In this document: piece after piece, positions 1-13,026 of the stretch | How the letters are laid out: each line of letters begins with the position of its first letter | Position numbering within the stretch: position 1 is the stretch's first letter | Assembly: GCF_009914755.1 (NCBI RefSeq) | Contig: NC_060936.1 | Strand: one strand, 5' to 3' | Origin: the human T2T-CHM13v2.0 reference genome, Homo sapiens | DNA: 64,000 nt | Program-made: the position numbers and the translations under genes | The notes under the pieces: generated by a model | What the model was told of the DNA's origin: nothing | The model's input: only the letters and a program-made list of their open reading frames with translations | Database searches by the model: none

Positions 1-501
1 ACAATGTGTGGGAAGAGCTCAAGGTAATACCTGCAATTAGTAAGGACCCAGTGAATGTTGGCTGCTTTCCTCCTCCTTTTTTTTTTGTAATTGCTATTGT
101 CAAGTTTCCACACAAAAATTGGGGATCTTTGGATAAAAAAGGACGAAGAGAAGAAATTACCATGTGACAGTTTCCCCATACAAGGCACAAGCAGAGAACA
201 AGGGGACAAATTTTAAGGATCCATAAGTATCCCGTAAGTATTAAGTATTAAGGGACACCAAAAGTCAGCCTCCCTTTCTTCCAAGCTAATCTTAGCAGTC
301 CCAATTAGCTTCTCTGGGCCTTCAGAGGAGCCAGCACACCAAACCATCCATTATTGCCATGTATCCACTTTGTAGTCACAATGTTTGGTCATATCCAATG
401 ATTATGGATATGGAGGTCATATCCATAATCCAAATGATTATCCAGGCAGAAATAACATTTAATGAAAACCAAGGCCCTACTTTACTTACCTACTGCTAAA
501 A

Positions 502-550
502 TACCAATGATAACGTTTGCACAAAGTACCAATGATAACGTTTGCACAAA
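502..550 (+). repeat. 25-bp tandem duplication (taccaatgataacgtttgcacaaa)
   Basis: Two perfect copies. Confidence 0.97.
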
Positions 551-2169
551 ACATAGGGCATCACACAAAAGCTAAGCAATTTGGTTCTGAGAACTTTCTT
601 CCATGTTACCCAAAAGTCTAAAGTCAGTAATTAAGTCCCTAGTCATAACTGAATCACTTAAGGTTTACATGATCACCATATACCTATTGCTTCAATATGA
701 CAGAAAAAAAAAAAAAACAAAACCTTTCTCTTTTCTGTTTCCTCCTTTCAACAGGCCCTATAATGTAAGAAGCAAGAATGGTTCCAGAGGAACTGTTGTG
801 AGCCACTGCATCAATCATAGGAACATTAAAACACTGCTTGCTAGTCATTACTATATGAAGTATTCTCTTGCTCTGTGGAAAATGGTTTCAAATAATTGTG
901 TCTGAATGAGAGTTTTGTTCTTGTTTCATATAGCCATTTGAGAGAGGAAAAAATGTAGAAAAGAAGATAGATTAAAAAAACAATATTAACAAAGTTGCAT
1001 CAACTAATTGCCATCAAATGGTATCATCATCTTTGTACAGGGTGTACATATTGTAGGCTCATAGGCTTAAGAGGCAGACTGACATCCCAATAAGATAGTT
1101 GCCAAAATGATGTACAATAGTAACAAGAAAGGCACAAGAATCTGGCCCACCTAAGCAAAGAAAAGTCTCCTCTCACTTCAAAAATCTATTATTTTTGCCA
1201 GGCTGCTCCATTGCAGAGCTAATAAGCATGACTAGAATAAAGCTTAAAATGATTTCTACCTTTATTTCTAACTTCTCTTTCTGGTTTCAGCAAAGTTGAT
1301 CTTTACCATTGATAGTTTATGGTTTGTGTTAGAGAATGCTATGTGATATAAGGACAATGTAGTTGTTTGCCGAAAAGAAATTCACTGGACTACTGGTCAA
1401 ATATCAGTAGCTCTAAATGTTTCTGTGTGACAGGGACTGATGAAGGAATATATTACAGTGTCTTAAGCTCAAGCCAACTGAGACTCAGACCATTACTATA
1501 GACCGGAGTTCTTCAACTATGCTTCCTCTGTAGGAAAAAGAGCTAGGCAGAAGGGTGGGGCCTCCTGACAGCTTTGTAAAGACGTGGTCCTGAAGTGTTA
1601 GAGCTTGCCAGTGGGCCACCCACAGAAAATTCTGCTTATATGTAGCATCATACTAAGTTATAAGAAAATAAGTGAAGGAAGTATCCAGGCTAGCAACTCC
1701 TTCAGAGAAGTTCTCAGGCTTAGAAACTGAACAGGGAATTATGAGATGGGATGCTGCCAATCTTTTATGGAGTGGCCCTGGGCAAGTTATTTTGTGTCTC
1801 ATATTCTTCGGCTACAGACTGTGGTTAACACTGCTACTATTGATAACAAAAACATCCTAACAACAACTCCTGGGAACAATATTGTGAGGATTTGTGTTTG
1901 TACAGTGATTTAAGAATGAGGGAAGAAAGGCACAATGTTATACTATTACCAAGCGCTTTATCAACCAGTATATTGCATAATGTGTTATAATGTACCATGT
2001 GCCCATGGAAACATGAAATCATTCATAATTCTTAAGTACTGCCAGATGTGCAGCTATAACAAATTTCAGCCCTTTCTGAAGAATTCACCCACACACTCAC
2101 TTCTCCCACCAATATTTCCACTGGTAACTGTCAGAGTTGAGAAATCATAGAATAGACCCTTATTCACAT

Positions 2170-2301
2170 CTCTGTGGTAATTACATATAGTTTGCTTCAT
2201 ATTTGGGTTGGGAATATGTCTTAATCATAATTTTATAACTAGTGGCTTTCCCTGTTCTGGTACATAATGAGTGCTCAACAAATGTTTATTGAATGAATGA
2301 A
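2170..2301 (+). mobile_element. L2 3' end
   Basis: 'ctggtacataatgagtgctcaacaaatgtttattgaatgaatgaa'. Confidence 0.7.
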
Positions 2302-2714
2302 CAGATAGACAACAATCAGACATAGTGATCAAAGAATAAATACACTTCAGTAATGGCACTACATAGATTCAGCAGAGTCTCTAATGCAAATAATATTTAG
2401 AGTGGAGGTGTCCAAAGACTGGCTCCTTCCCAGTAAGTCTATATGTTATTTCCTAGTATTAATTCATTTGCCACTTGTCATAAGTTTCTGGAATGTGCAA
2501 GTAATCCTATTACAAGAGATGCTTGCCACTTTCAATGAAGGCATCTGGCTTTACTTAAGGATGGCGAATGATTTCATATTTCAATGGTTAGGAACATGGC
2601 ATATTACAACCTTTACACAGATTGAGGAATCTCTGAATATTATAATATACCTGTCACAGGTGAAGAAATACTCTAAATTTTCAACTAATACACATAAGGC
2701 ACACGAATATAATG

Positions 2715-2915
2715 AAATGGGAAAAAACTCTGGACTTGGAATCAGAAGACCTAGCTCTGCCACATACTTGCTCTGTACGTTTAGCCTACTTAATCATTAA
2801 TATCTCTGGGCCTCTGTTTTCATCTGTAATGACATATATGTCTAATAAAAAATTCATATAACCTAGGTCAATGAGGTAATAAGTCAAATAATGTATACAA
2901 AAGTACTTTATAAAT
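2715..2915 (+). mobile_element. MIR SINE
   Basis: 'gctctgccacatacttgctctgt...ctctgggcctctgttttcatctgtaa' MIR core. Confidence 0.75.
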
Positions 2916-4325
2916 AGAAAATGTCACACAGTTTAGAATGACAGCAGGGAATAAAATGGTAGGGAGAGGTCTATGTTGTAAGTAAACTGTAAGATCCTTA
3001 AGCTCAGCATCCAGAACTACCATCTTGTAGTTCTTATGCTTAACACGGGACCTAAAAGAATACCAAATGAACCACCAATGCTAGCCTTTGAATTGGAGAC
3101 ACCAACAAGACATATGCATTCAATTCTCTTAGCAGCTCTTCTAAGCTCCCTTGTGAGAAACTCTCCAACACTGGTGCTCTTCAAAGAGTGGCCCTTCCCT
3201 AGCTAGCACCATATTTGGCTAGATTCATTTAAAATGCAGGCTCTCAAAACTCATCCAAGGACACTGTAATGCAATACGGCAAATATCCAAGATGACTCTT
3301 ATGTACACTGGTACAGTAGGTTCTAAATTGACTTTTGAACATCTGGTAACCACGGCACCCGATCAGTTCCATCAGAAAAGGTATGTGCTCATCTATTAAG
3401 TTACATATATGTAACTCATATATCAAGGTTTTTACAGTTAACAAACTGTTTTCAAATATATGAAATATAATATGCAGAACAATCAGAAATGATTTAAAAG
3501 CTTTAAAGTAGTACAGAAATAAAATACAATATAATTTTTAAATAAAATTGAATCCATAATCAATTTATGTTTGTTTTTTCAAAATGTTATTTTGGTTATT
3601 ATCTGTTCTCCTTATGAGACTGTGTTCAATATGGTGCTGGAACTTGGTTTTGTTCCCAGCTGTATCCTGATCATAGAAAGGTCCTGTCATGCAGCAGAAG
3701 CTCAAAAAATATTTCTTGAACAGAATAATGATCATCTATAAGTGAATATACATGTCTCAGAAGAGGTGTCAGTTCAAAATCTTCCTGCTAATACATAAGG
3801 ATGGGTTCATGTGACAGAGGTTATAGTTCGGATTATCTTTATCAGAAGCAGGGACACAGGGTACAAACACAGGCTATCAGCCAAAGAAAGTTTATATACA
3901 TATATTCCCCTTAGATACTAATTTTTAAACCGAGGTTGAAAATGGAAACTGGAAGGCAATATCCTTAATCACCAGATGCTTTTATTCCAAAATAAAATTC
4001 AGTTGCATAAAAAGGCTTCCTACTGAAGAATGGCACTGTGCTCCACATTAAGGGGGTGAAAGGGCAGTTTAGGGATGTGCGGATGTGTAAGGGTCAGTAG
4101 ATATCAGAAGAATGACAATGGGCTGGTAGAGACATTAAGTTCCTGAGTGTGATCTTGGCTATCTCCCATCCCTTGTCCTCCAGTTCTTACCTAATCACTC
4201 TGTGCCCTCCTACTCCTCAAAGATGAGGGAAAATTGCAGGAGAGAGGCACATGGAGCTGGATTCCAGAATATGGAACAGAGTAAAGGTTGTGGATACAAA
4301 TACCTCCAAATGAAATAATCACTAG

Positions 4326-4667
<342 letters not shown>

Positions 4668-6653
4668 TCAACGCTAAAGTCTATACTTTTAGTTGCTCAT
4701 TTCTTACAATGACCAATGTCAACCAGGAACTTCTTCACTTTGTGCCCAGGCCCTTAATCTCCATGAAATGCATATCCCTGTCTTATCTCACTTCACTTTG
4801 CAAATGACAAAAAGCTCAACACTCACAATTACAAAACCACCAAAATCCTGAATTAATTCTGAGTAGGGTGAGGACACAGTTAACTTCAGCAAATTTACCA
4901 CTAAGGAGCTTTATTTCTTCAGAAGGGTCCATGCTTGTTCATCTATTGTACTCTTTTATTCTTTCATTTGGGAAATATTTTAATGCCTTAAGGAACTTAC
5001 AGTCTAAAAAAAAAAGTAGGATTTCAATAATTGTGCATTAAATGAATAAATACAGAACTAACAAATGCACTTGGGATTAAAATGGCTATAATTCTGGAAT
5101 GAACCAACTATATATAAATTTGACAAAAAGATACAATCTCTTCTCTTAATTATCAGTTGATATAGAAGGCTGATACATGCATACAGGTCTTAAAATTGGT
5201 TTATGATGTTGAACTAATGAGTATCAACACCAAAAATCACAATGTGACTCATGTAAGTACTTGTAAGATGTAATAAAATACTAGACTTTAAGATAGTATG
5301 AAATGAAAATCAATCAACCATGAAAATGAAAATATTCTATGATAGCTTCCAATGAAGATGTAGTGAAAAACTTAAAATAGCTGTACATGATAGGTGCTCA
5401 ATAAGTGTTGAAATAATGAGTCCTTGAAAAAATCATCTTTAGAAGCAGACAGAAATAACAATAAAAGAATGAATTTTTAAAATGTGAAAAATTGATATTG
5501 TTTGAATATAAATAGGATAAACAGCAAATTTCAGAAGGTAAATAACTAAAGAGTTATTTCAAAGTTTATCTGAAGAGCAGAGTAGAAAAAAAGTTCTACA
5601 TTTCTGCAGAAATTAATTAACAACTTGCTGAAATAAAACCATATCTGGTATAAAATGTAGCAGTGGTTAAAAGTTCACAATCATTCTTAAAAATGTTTTA
5701 AGGAACATAAGCAGGAAAATATTACACCTATTTATAACTAAGCAATGGGGGAAAAGGTGAAGAGTAAGTAAAAGTCCAAACTGGCACAAAGTTGAACCAA
5801 CAAGATGAACACAGGTGGTCAGAGATTTTATTTCACCTTTCACCTAAAAGTTGCCATCTTTTCGAGAGAACTAACTCTACCAGTGGCTCAATTCTGATTC
5901 AAAAGGAAAAGAGTCACTTTCTGAGTCATAACATCACTCTGGTTTTCCTTTCAATCCTCTGTTCCAAGCCCTACCAAATCCCAACCCATTTTAATTTGTC
6001 TAAAGGTGGCCTGGCCAGCACCAGAATTTAATGCTTCCATAAATGAACTCTGATTGACATGAAAGATGACTCACTCGCAGAGAAACTTGTATTGCTGCCA
6101 TTTGGTCAGTTTGGGGTTTGTTTTTAAAATGAATGCCAGTGGAGGCTAAGCAGAAGCCAGGGTGTGTTTTTATTTTATGTCTCAAATAAAAATAAAGAGC
6201 TGGGTATGAATAATCAAAGGGGCAGGCGCCTCCCTGGATACTTCTAAACCTTCCAAAAGCAGTCCCAAGGCTCAGCAAAACGTAATATAGTCAAAACAAC
6301 CATGAACAGCATTAGTACCAAGGGTTTGCCCCAGAAAAATAACATAATTGCCATACAGATTCCCTTGCAGCCCCAAACTCCAGTGCCTTTCAACTTTATA
6401 TTAAGTTAAAATATCCTTTGTCGGTGGGTAGCAGTCCTAGAAAGAGTATTCCTAGAAGTTAGAATGATTGCAGATAATAGGAAGATGATATCATTATTAT
6501 AGTAAAACTCTTAAAGCAAAACGAGATTATTCTAATTAGCTATATATGCTTTATCACTCCCTAGAAAATGGTAGGCGATACATGGTCCTCCTTATTATTC
6601 TGAGATTGATCAACAATTTTATGGATTATACATACTCTTCACTTCCTTCTCTA

Positions 6654-7149
<496 letters not shown>

Positions 7150-7633
7150 TTAGCAGATTAAATGAGGCTTCTGTAAAATTTATGGATTTTAGTCGTCAAT
7201 GTGTCCTAGAAAAAGAATTAGAGATTCGAGGCCAGTATACACAGCATAGTTGGAAATACTGATAACATTGTTCACAAAAATTTGGAACCCTGAGCCAAAA
7301 GAAATCTGAAACCTTTGGTTTTAATATGGAATAAAGAGCAATGTAAAGCATTTTTGGGAAAAAAAGAATTTTAGGAAAGAAACACCTATATCATGTTATA
7401 TTTGGAAGTAATTAGCTCTATAGTATATACTGTGATGATAAATAAAAGAGATTATCTTAGAAAACTTGTGATGTTATAGAAGCCTTCATTTGCATATGGT
7501 CTGACTCAAGTTAAATGCCACTGCCCAGCTGCAGAATGGAAGTTATTCATTTTTAAGATCTCCTATAGCTGATGTACTCATCTCCTCAGCAAAACAACTC
7601 TTAAGGTATCTTTATTTTTAGAAAGGTCAAAGT

Positions 7634-7634
7634 C

Positions 7635-7729
<95 letters not shown>

Positions 7730-7730
7730 T
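7634..7730. repeat. Compound microsatellite (TG)19(TA)22(CA)5
   Basis: Counted directly from the sequence. Confidence 0.98.
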
Positions 7731-8984
7731 TAGTTCCTAGTTTATATCCAAGATAAATAGGTATTACTATCACCACTATATACATAAGGCAAAAAAGATG
7801 CAGAAGGGCTGGACTTCAAGGACCCTAAAAGTGCCCTGAAATAGTCTAATGTGGAATACCTTGTCCTGTCACCCAGAGTTGGAGCCTCAAATACAGGAAC
7901 TTATTTTTATATAGTCCAAGGAGTTAGCATAGCCCCCAGAAACTTAGCAGGAATTTGGGAAAAAAAAAAAAAGTTGAAAATTAAGCTCAGCAATTCAGAA
8001 ATATCTCAGGGACTAGGTTGCTTGCATAATCAGAAAATAATATTTTGCATTGTCAAATGAAACTCCAGACTTAGGGCCTTAAAAAAAAATAGACAAAGTT
8101 TTCCTGGAGAAGTAAACTAACTGTAGAAATGTTTTTCAGCACTTTAAGTGACAATGATTTGTGAGGTGTTTTGAATTTTATGGTTTTAAATCAGCATGGA
8201 AACTTAATAGAGCACGCTTTCTATTTAGAAGCTCTACCTCAGAAATAGGTATGCATCTTTTTCTCCACACCTCAAGTTCATGGTTTTACACCATGTACAT
8301 CAAACTAAAGTTTCACCATCATGCTGGCCCAGTATTGTAAAAGAAATAGCTTTTCTTAATCTAAAATTAGAGTGTAATAACTGCATAGCAAAGCAACTGT
8401 GTAATTAAAATAGTCATATAATTTTAAAGATATATCATTATAAAAATTATTATGAGAAGAACAGATTTCAGCATTACAAGTGGAGAACCAATATCGGAAA
8501 GAGTCTCCCAAAATGACATAGCAGTGATTACACAGTGACAGATCAGTGTATCTGCACAGGGAAAATCCCCTAGTTAGAGATCACAGCAGGATCCCATCCA
8601 TCATATTACACATTAGTTCAGAGAACTAAAACTCTTGAAGCATTTTTGGCAGCAGGGAGAACTTCTAGCATCCTAATGCTTTTACAAGGCTGGATTTTTC
8701 TTTTCTCCCCAATGTGCTTCAAGATTTCATAACACGAGAGACATAGGAGCAAAAGTTAAAATGCTTTAATGGTCCCCATAGGCTATTTAAATAAACACTG
8801 TGATTGCAATTTAGACAATCTGGAGTCCATTCAATATTAAATCCCCACCCCAATCTACAGCTACTACACAAATGGGGAATTCATGGTATACTCCACATAG
8901 CCATTTACTACTGCACCTATTGCTTCTTGACAATCATGGGGAGGAGCTAGCCAGGCCTAACATTACACCAGTTAAATCTGTCAA

Positions 8985-9250
8985 CAACCGGGGAGAGCGC
9001 TCTGCTGAGCAAACATACTGATCCCTCTCACACAGCCCGTCTTTGTCCTGAGTTTGCCGCAACAACACTAATCTTCTCATACTATCTTCAGCAGTGCAAG
9101 CAGAAACTTCTCCTGCGACCAGCTGTAACAAAAGATGCCTTTCTTTATTTTCACACACTACATGTATATATTTATGCTGTCCCTTCCGCTCCCTCCCCCT
9201 CCATTTCCACCCCTTCCTACAGACCCAATTCTAAATAAAGCTTGATTGGA
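8985..9250 (-). promoter_or_regulatory. Candidate internal promoter or enhancer
   Basis: CCAAT box, G-box, TATA-like element and 6 CpGs in about 200 bp of unique sequence. Confidence 0.4.
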
Positions 9251-9684
9251 ATAAATCATAAGTGATGTTTCATCTCAGAAAAATACAGAAAGAAAGAGGC
9301 AACAGGACTGATCAGGCCCTTTGATCACACCCTAGTAAAAATAATGCTCCATAATGGACAGTTTTGTTTGTGCCAGGGAAAAGAGCAGGTCCCAGAACTA
9401 GGTGGGCAATACATATCCTAAAATATGGTGTGCCAAACTGAAACAATGGGGGTGGTGAAATACATATAACCACTGAATGTTCCTCCAACTACTTTCAGAC
9501 CTCAGGAAATTCAAGGAATCATGGTGCCCTTTTTCATCTTTATTTATTGTTTTTTAAAAAAAAAAACTACTGTAAAGGACTGATATTTTAACCATGCCAT
9601 TAGAAAAATAGTATTATCATTAGTTGAGACTTTTTTCAGTTATAAAAATGTAATATGGTATTTATGTTTAGGGAAGAGAACAAA

Positions 9685-9865
9685 CATTTTTAGACATAAT
9701 TTGTATTCAGTAAAATAAAAGAATCTTAAGTGTACAGCTCAAACAATTTTTACCTGCATATCCGTTTATGTAATCATCCTCGGATTGAGATACAGCCTAT
9801 TTCTGTCATGCCAGATGGTTTATGCATGCCCTTCCAGTCAATTATCCACCAGGGGTAACCTCCAT
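9685..9865 (-). mobile_element. L1ME 3' terminal fragment
   Basis: 'aatcttaagtgtacagctc' and 'ggggtaacc'. Confidence 0.6.
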
Positions 9866-10390
9866 AGATTAATTTTGCCTAGAACAAAACTAGGCTAGTT
9901 TTGCCTAATCACCAAAGGTTAGTTTTGTCTGGAACAAATACGTTTGAACCTTATATGCCAAACATTATGCTGGAAATTTTCTGTACATTATCTTATTTTA
10001 AACTCACTTAGTCCTGAATACAATAGAAGACTGGCGTTTCTGTCCCAAGTTTGCCAGACAAAGGATAAGTAACTTGCTCAACATAAAGCTGCATGTAAAA
10101 TTCTGCATTTATTATACTTAAATAATTAGTTATGCTATATTTATACCATGTAGACCATTAAATATGACCCCAATTAATGGCTTAAAAATTAAATGCTCAC
10201 AAAATAACAGTGTTAATAACAATATTAACCCCATTCTATCTGGCAGGTACTGGGCAAAATGCTTAACTGCATTGCCTAATTTAATTCCCACATGAACCAT
10301 GTAAGGCAGCTATTGCTATATCAATTAGGCAGATGGCTCAAGAAGGTGAAAAGATGTGCCCACATTTAAACAAGTGGAATCAAGCCTTGT

Positions 10391-10699
10391 TTTTTATTTT
10401 TATTTTTATTATTTTATTTTTGAGACGGAGTCTCACTCTGTTGCCCAAGCTGGAGTGCAGTGGCGCGATCTCGGCTCACTGCAAGCTCTGCCTCCCAGGT
10501 TCACGCCATTCTTCTGCCTCAGCCTCCTGAGTAGCTGGGATACAGGCACCCGCCACCACGCCCGGCTAATTTTTCATAGTTTTTAGTAGAGACGGGGTTT
10601 TACCATGTTAGCCAGGATGGTCTCGATCTCCTGACCTCGTGATCCACCTGCCTCTGCCTCCCAAAGTGCTGGGATTACAGGCATGAGCCACTGCCCGGC
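10391..10699 (-). mobile_element. Alu SINE (AluY-like)
   Basis: Reverse Alu with 'gcaagctctgcc...ttcacgccatt' and 'ttagccaggatggtctcgatctcc'. TSD tcaagccttgtttttt. Confidence 0.95.
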
Positions 10700-10889
10700 T
10701 CAAGCCTTGTTTTTTAATCCATAGTACTTAATTCATAACAGGTGGTCAATAAATACGTGGCAAATCACAGAATTAAAGAATGACGAAAAATGCTTGAGGA
10801 GGGGTAGATTATGTTTTGAAAATGCTAGGCAAAGTTGTTTATCACTTCCATGATAGCATCTGCAGAAACAAAATTATAAAAATTGAAAG

Positions 10890-11040
10890 TTAGATGGAAT
10901 CTTAGACATTAGTTGATCCCTTTTCCTCATTTTAAAGATGAGTAAACCGAAGCACAAAGTAACCTGTTCAAGGGAACATAGCCAGATAATGTTGAAACTT
11001 GGACTGGAATTCAGGTTTCCCAATTCTCATTCAAGTGTTA
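10890..11040 (-). mobile_element. MIR-family SINE
   Basis: 'ctcattttaaagatgagtaaaccgaagcacaaagtaacctgttcaagg'. Confidence 0.65.
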
Positions 11041-12971
11041 GCTATGTTCTATTTCTATGGTTCTGAATCAAACATACTGCATGGGTTCTAAATAAGTTTG
11101 CAATTGAATTTGATAAGTTTATCAACACTTCAAATAGCTGTGACAACTATTCTGTAATGTGTTAAAAGGAGAAGGGGAAAAAAGAAGAAATATAGAGCAA
11201 AGTTTCTTTCCTTGAGATGCGTGGATATTTCATTGGCAAGATAAGAATTAACCTTATGAGACAGTGAATATTATTAAAATGTGTGCTCCTAAAAGAAATA
11301 AAAACAGATTGTCATATAAAAGATTGTATGATAATTTATATCATTAAATATAATCAACTACCACAATTTATGGAACAGATAACACCTGCAATGAAAGTCA
11401 GAAAGGGATGAGATCAGTGTTGGCAGGAAATATGAAGAAACTTGAGACCTGTTTAGAAGTCATAATAAGCTCACAGATTTGAGAAATCATCCACTGCAAT
11501 TGCTAGTTTTAGACAGGAGGAAGTGTGTCCTGGGGGATGACGGCTCTTGCCCAAGGCCCTAAAGCTCTTTGATAGCAGCAATGTGGCCATAACTACTTAC
11601 TTCCAGTCCATGGTTCTGTCCATTAGCACCATTTTGTCAACTTCTCCAGTAGACATTAATGGAAAAAAACCTACTCCTCACCTCAAAGAGTAAAATAAAT
11701 TAAAACATTAATAAAGTGTCTCACATGCCTTAAAAATTAGCTATAAAAATATCACTTCATGGTATAATGATTGCATTGTTTCTGTTTTGAATGCTTTGAC
11801 AAACTGTACTTGGACATTTACTATAATTTAAATTATACCCTACTTTACATGAGTAACACATAAAATTTTTTTTTAAAGAAAACATAGATAAGTCACAGAG
11901 AATGCTGAATGTATCTACATTGGAGTTTTGGACACATATGTGCTCCAAATCATTTACTATCCTAAAATGGATACCTCAAAGAAAAGTAAAAATGTAAAAT
12001 ATATTTGCAAAACAAAGATTTTTTTTCTGACATCTTATGATGGAATATACTTTTCTTCTCCATTTAAAATTGTCAATGGTGCACAAGTGATTTCATCCTG
12101 TGCACCCAAAAGGAAGGCAACCACAGGCAAGCCTTCCAGCTGTTTTTCATCAAGGATTGTAATATTTATTCTGGAAGAAGCAAACAACAGATGCATTTGG
12201 AGAACATGAGTTCACCTGGATCCTATAGCATATGAGCTCAAATCCAATCTGCTAGTCAATAAACATCTTGTAAAAGAATAACCACCAAAACACAAAAAAC
12301 AAACAAACATAAAAACCGACACATGCTTCTAAAAATTTAAGTTTACGACCCCATGGACAATCTTGACTCTAATCTTTATCTCTATACTCCTCCATTTACT
12401 GTTATTAATGACTAAGTGCTGGGGACACCTCTGTGAACATGTCTTTTCATTTCAACACCTTATCATGCTACCTTCTGTAAAAATGGTCTCTTCATTTTCT
12501 GGGATGGTAACTTACTGTTGCTCTAAAGATGACATAAAACGTATTTGTAGCTTTCTTTACTGATTTACAGCCATTTTCAATAAAACTGCCAACCATGCAT
12601 GAGAATCTGTGAAAACACTTCAGGGACCCTGAAGGACCATTTATCATTTTTCAAATAAACATCAGTATTAGAAACTAGAATTTTTCAACAATGATTCAAA
12701 TTTAACCTTTTACCTAGCACAAGTGCTCTGATTACATATTTTTGATATCTTCTGAGAGGAAAGATAAATAAATAAATAATACACAATGAATTTATGAAAT
12801 TTTACAAAACCATGCAGAAAGAATAGACAATAAATTTTATTTATTGCTTCTTTAATCTTGCTCCCAGTTTTTGGCTATTTCATAATTAATATGGAAAAGA
12901 GTAAATCTGAGACAGAGAAAAGGTGAGACTTCTATCAGATTACTTCTTGATAGATTCTCAATAAAATCTGA

Positions 12972-13026
12972 CACTGCACTCTAGCCTGGATGACAGAGAC
13001 CATGCCTACATCCCTCAAAAAAAAAA
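12972..13026 (+). mobile_element. Alu 3' terminal fragment
   Basis: cactgcactctagcctggatgacagag followed by ctcaaaaaaaaaa. Confidence 0.75.

Noticed and set aside
2384-2800. 138-aa ORF
   Set aside because: No recognisable homology, it runs into a MIR, and it has no supporting splice or start context.
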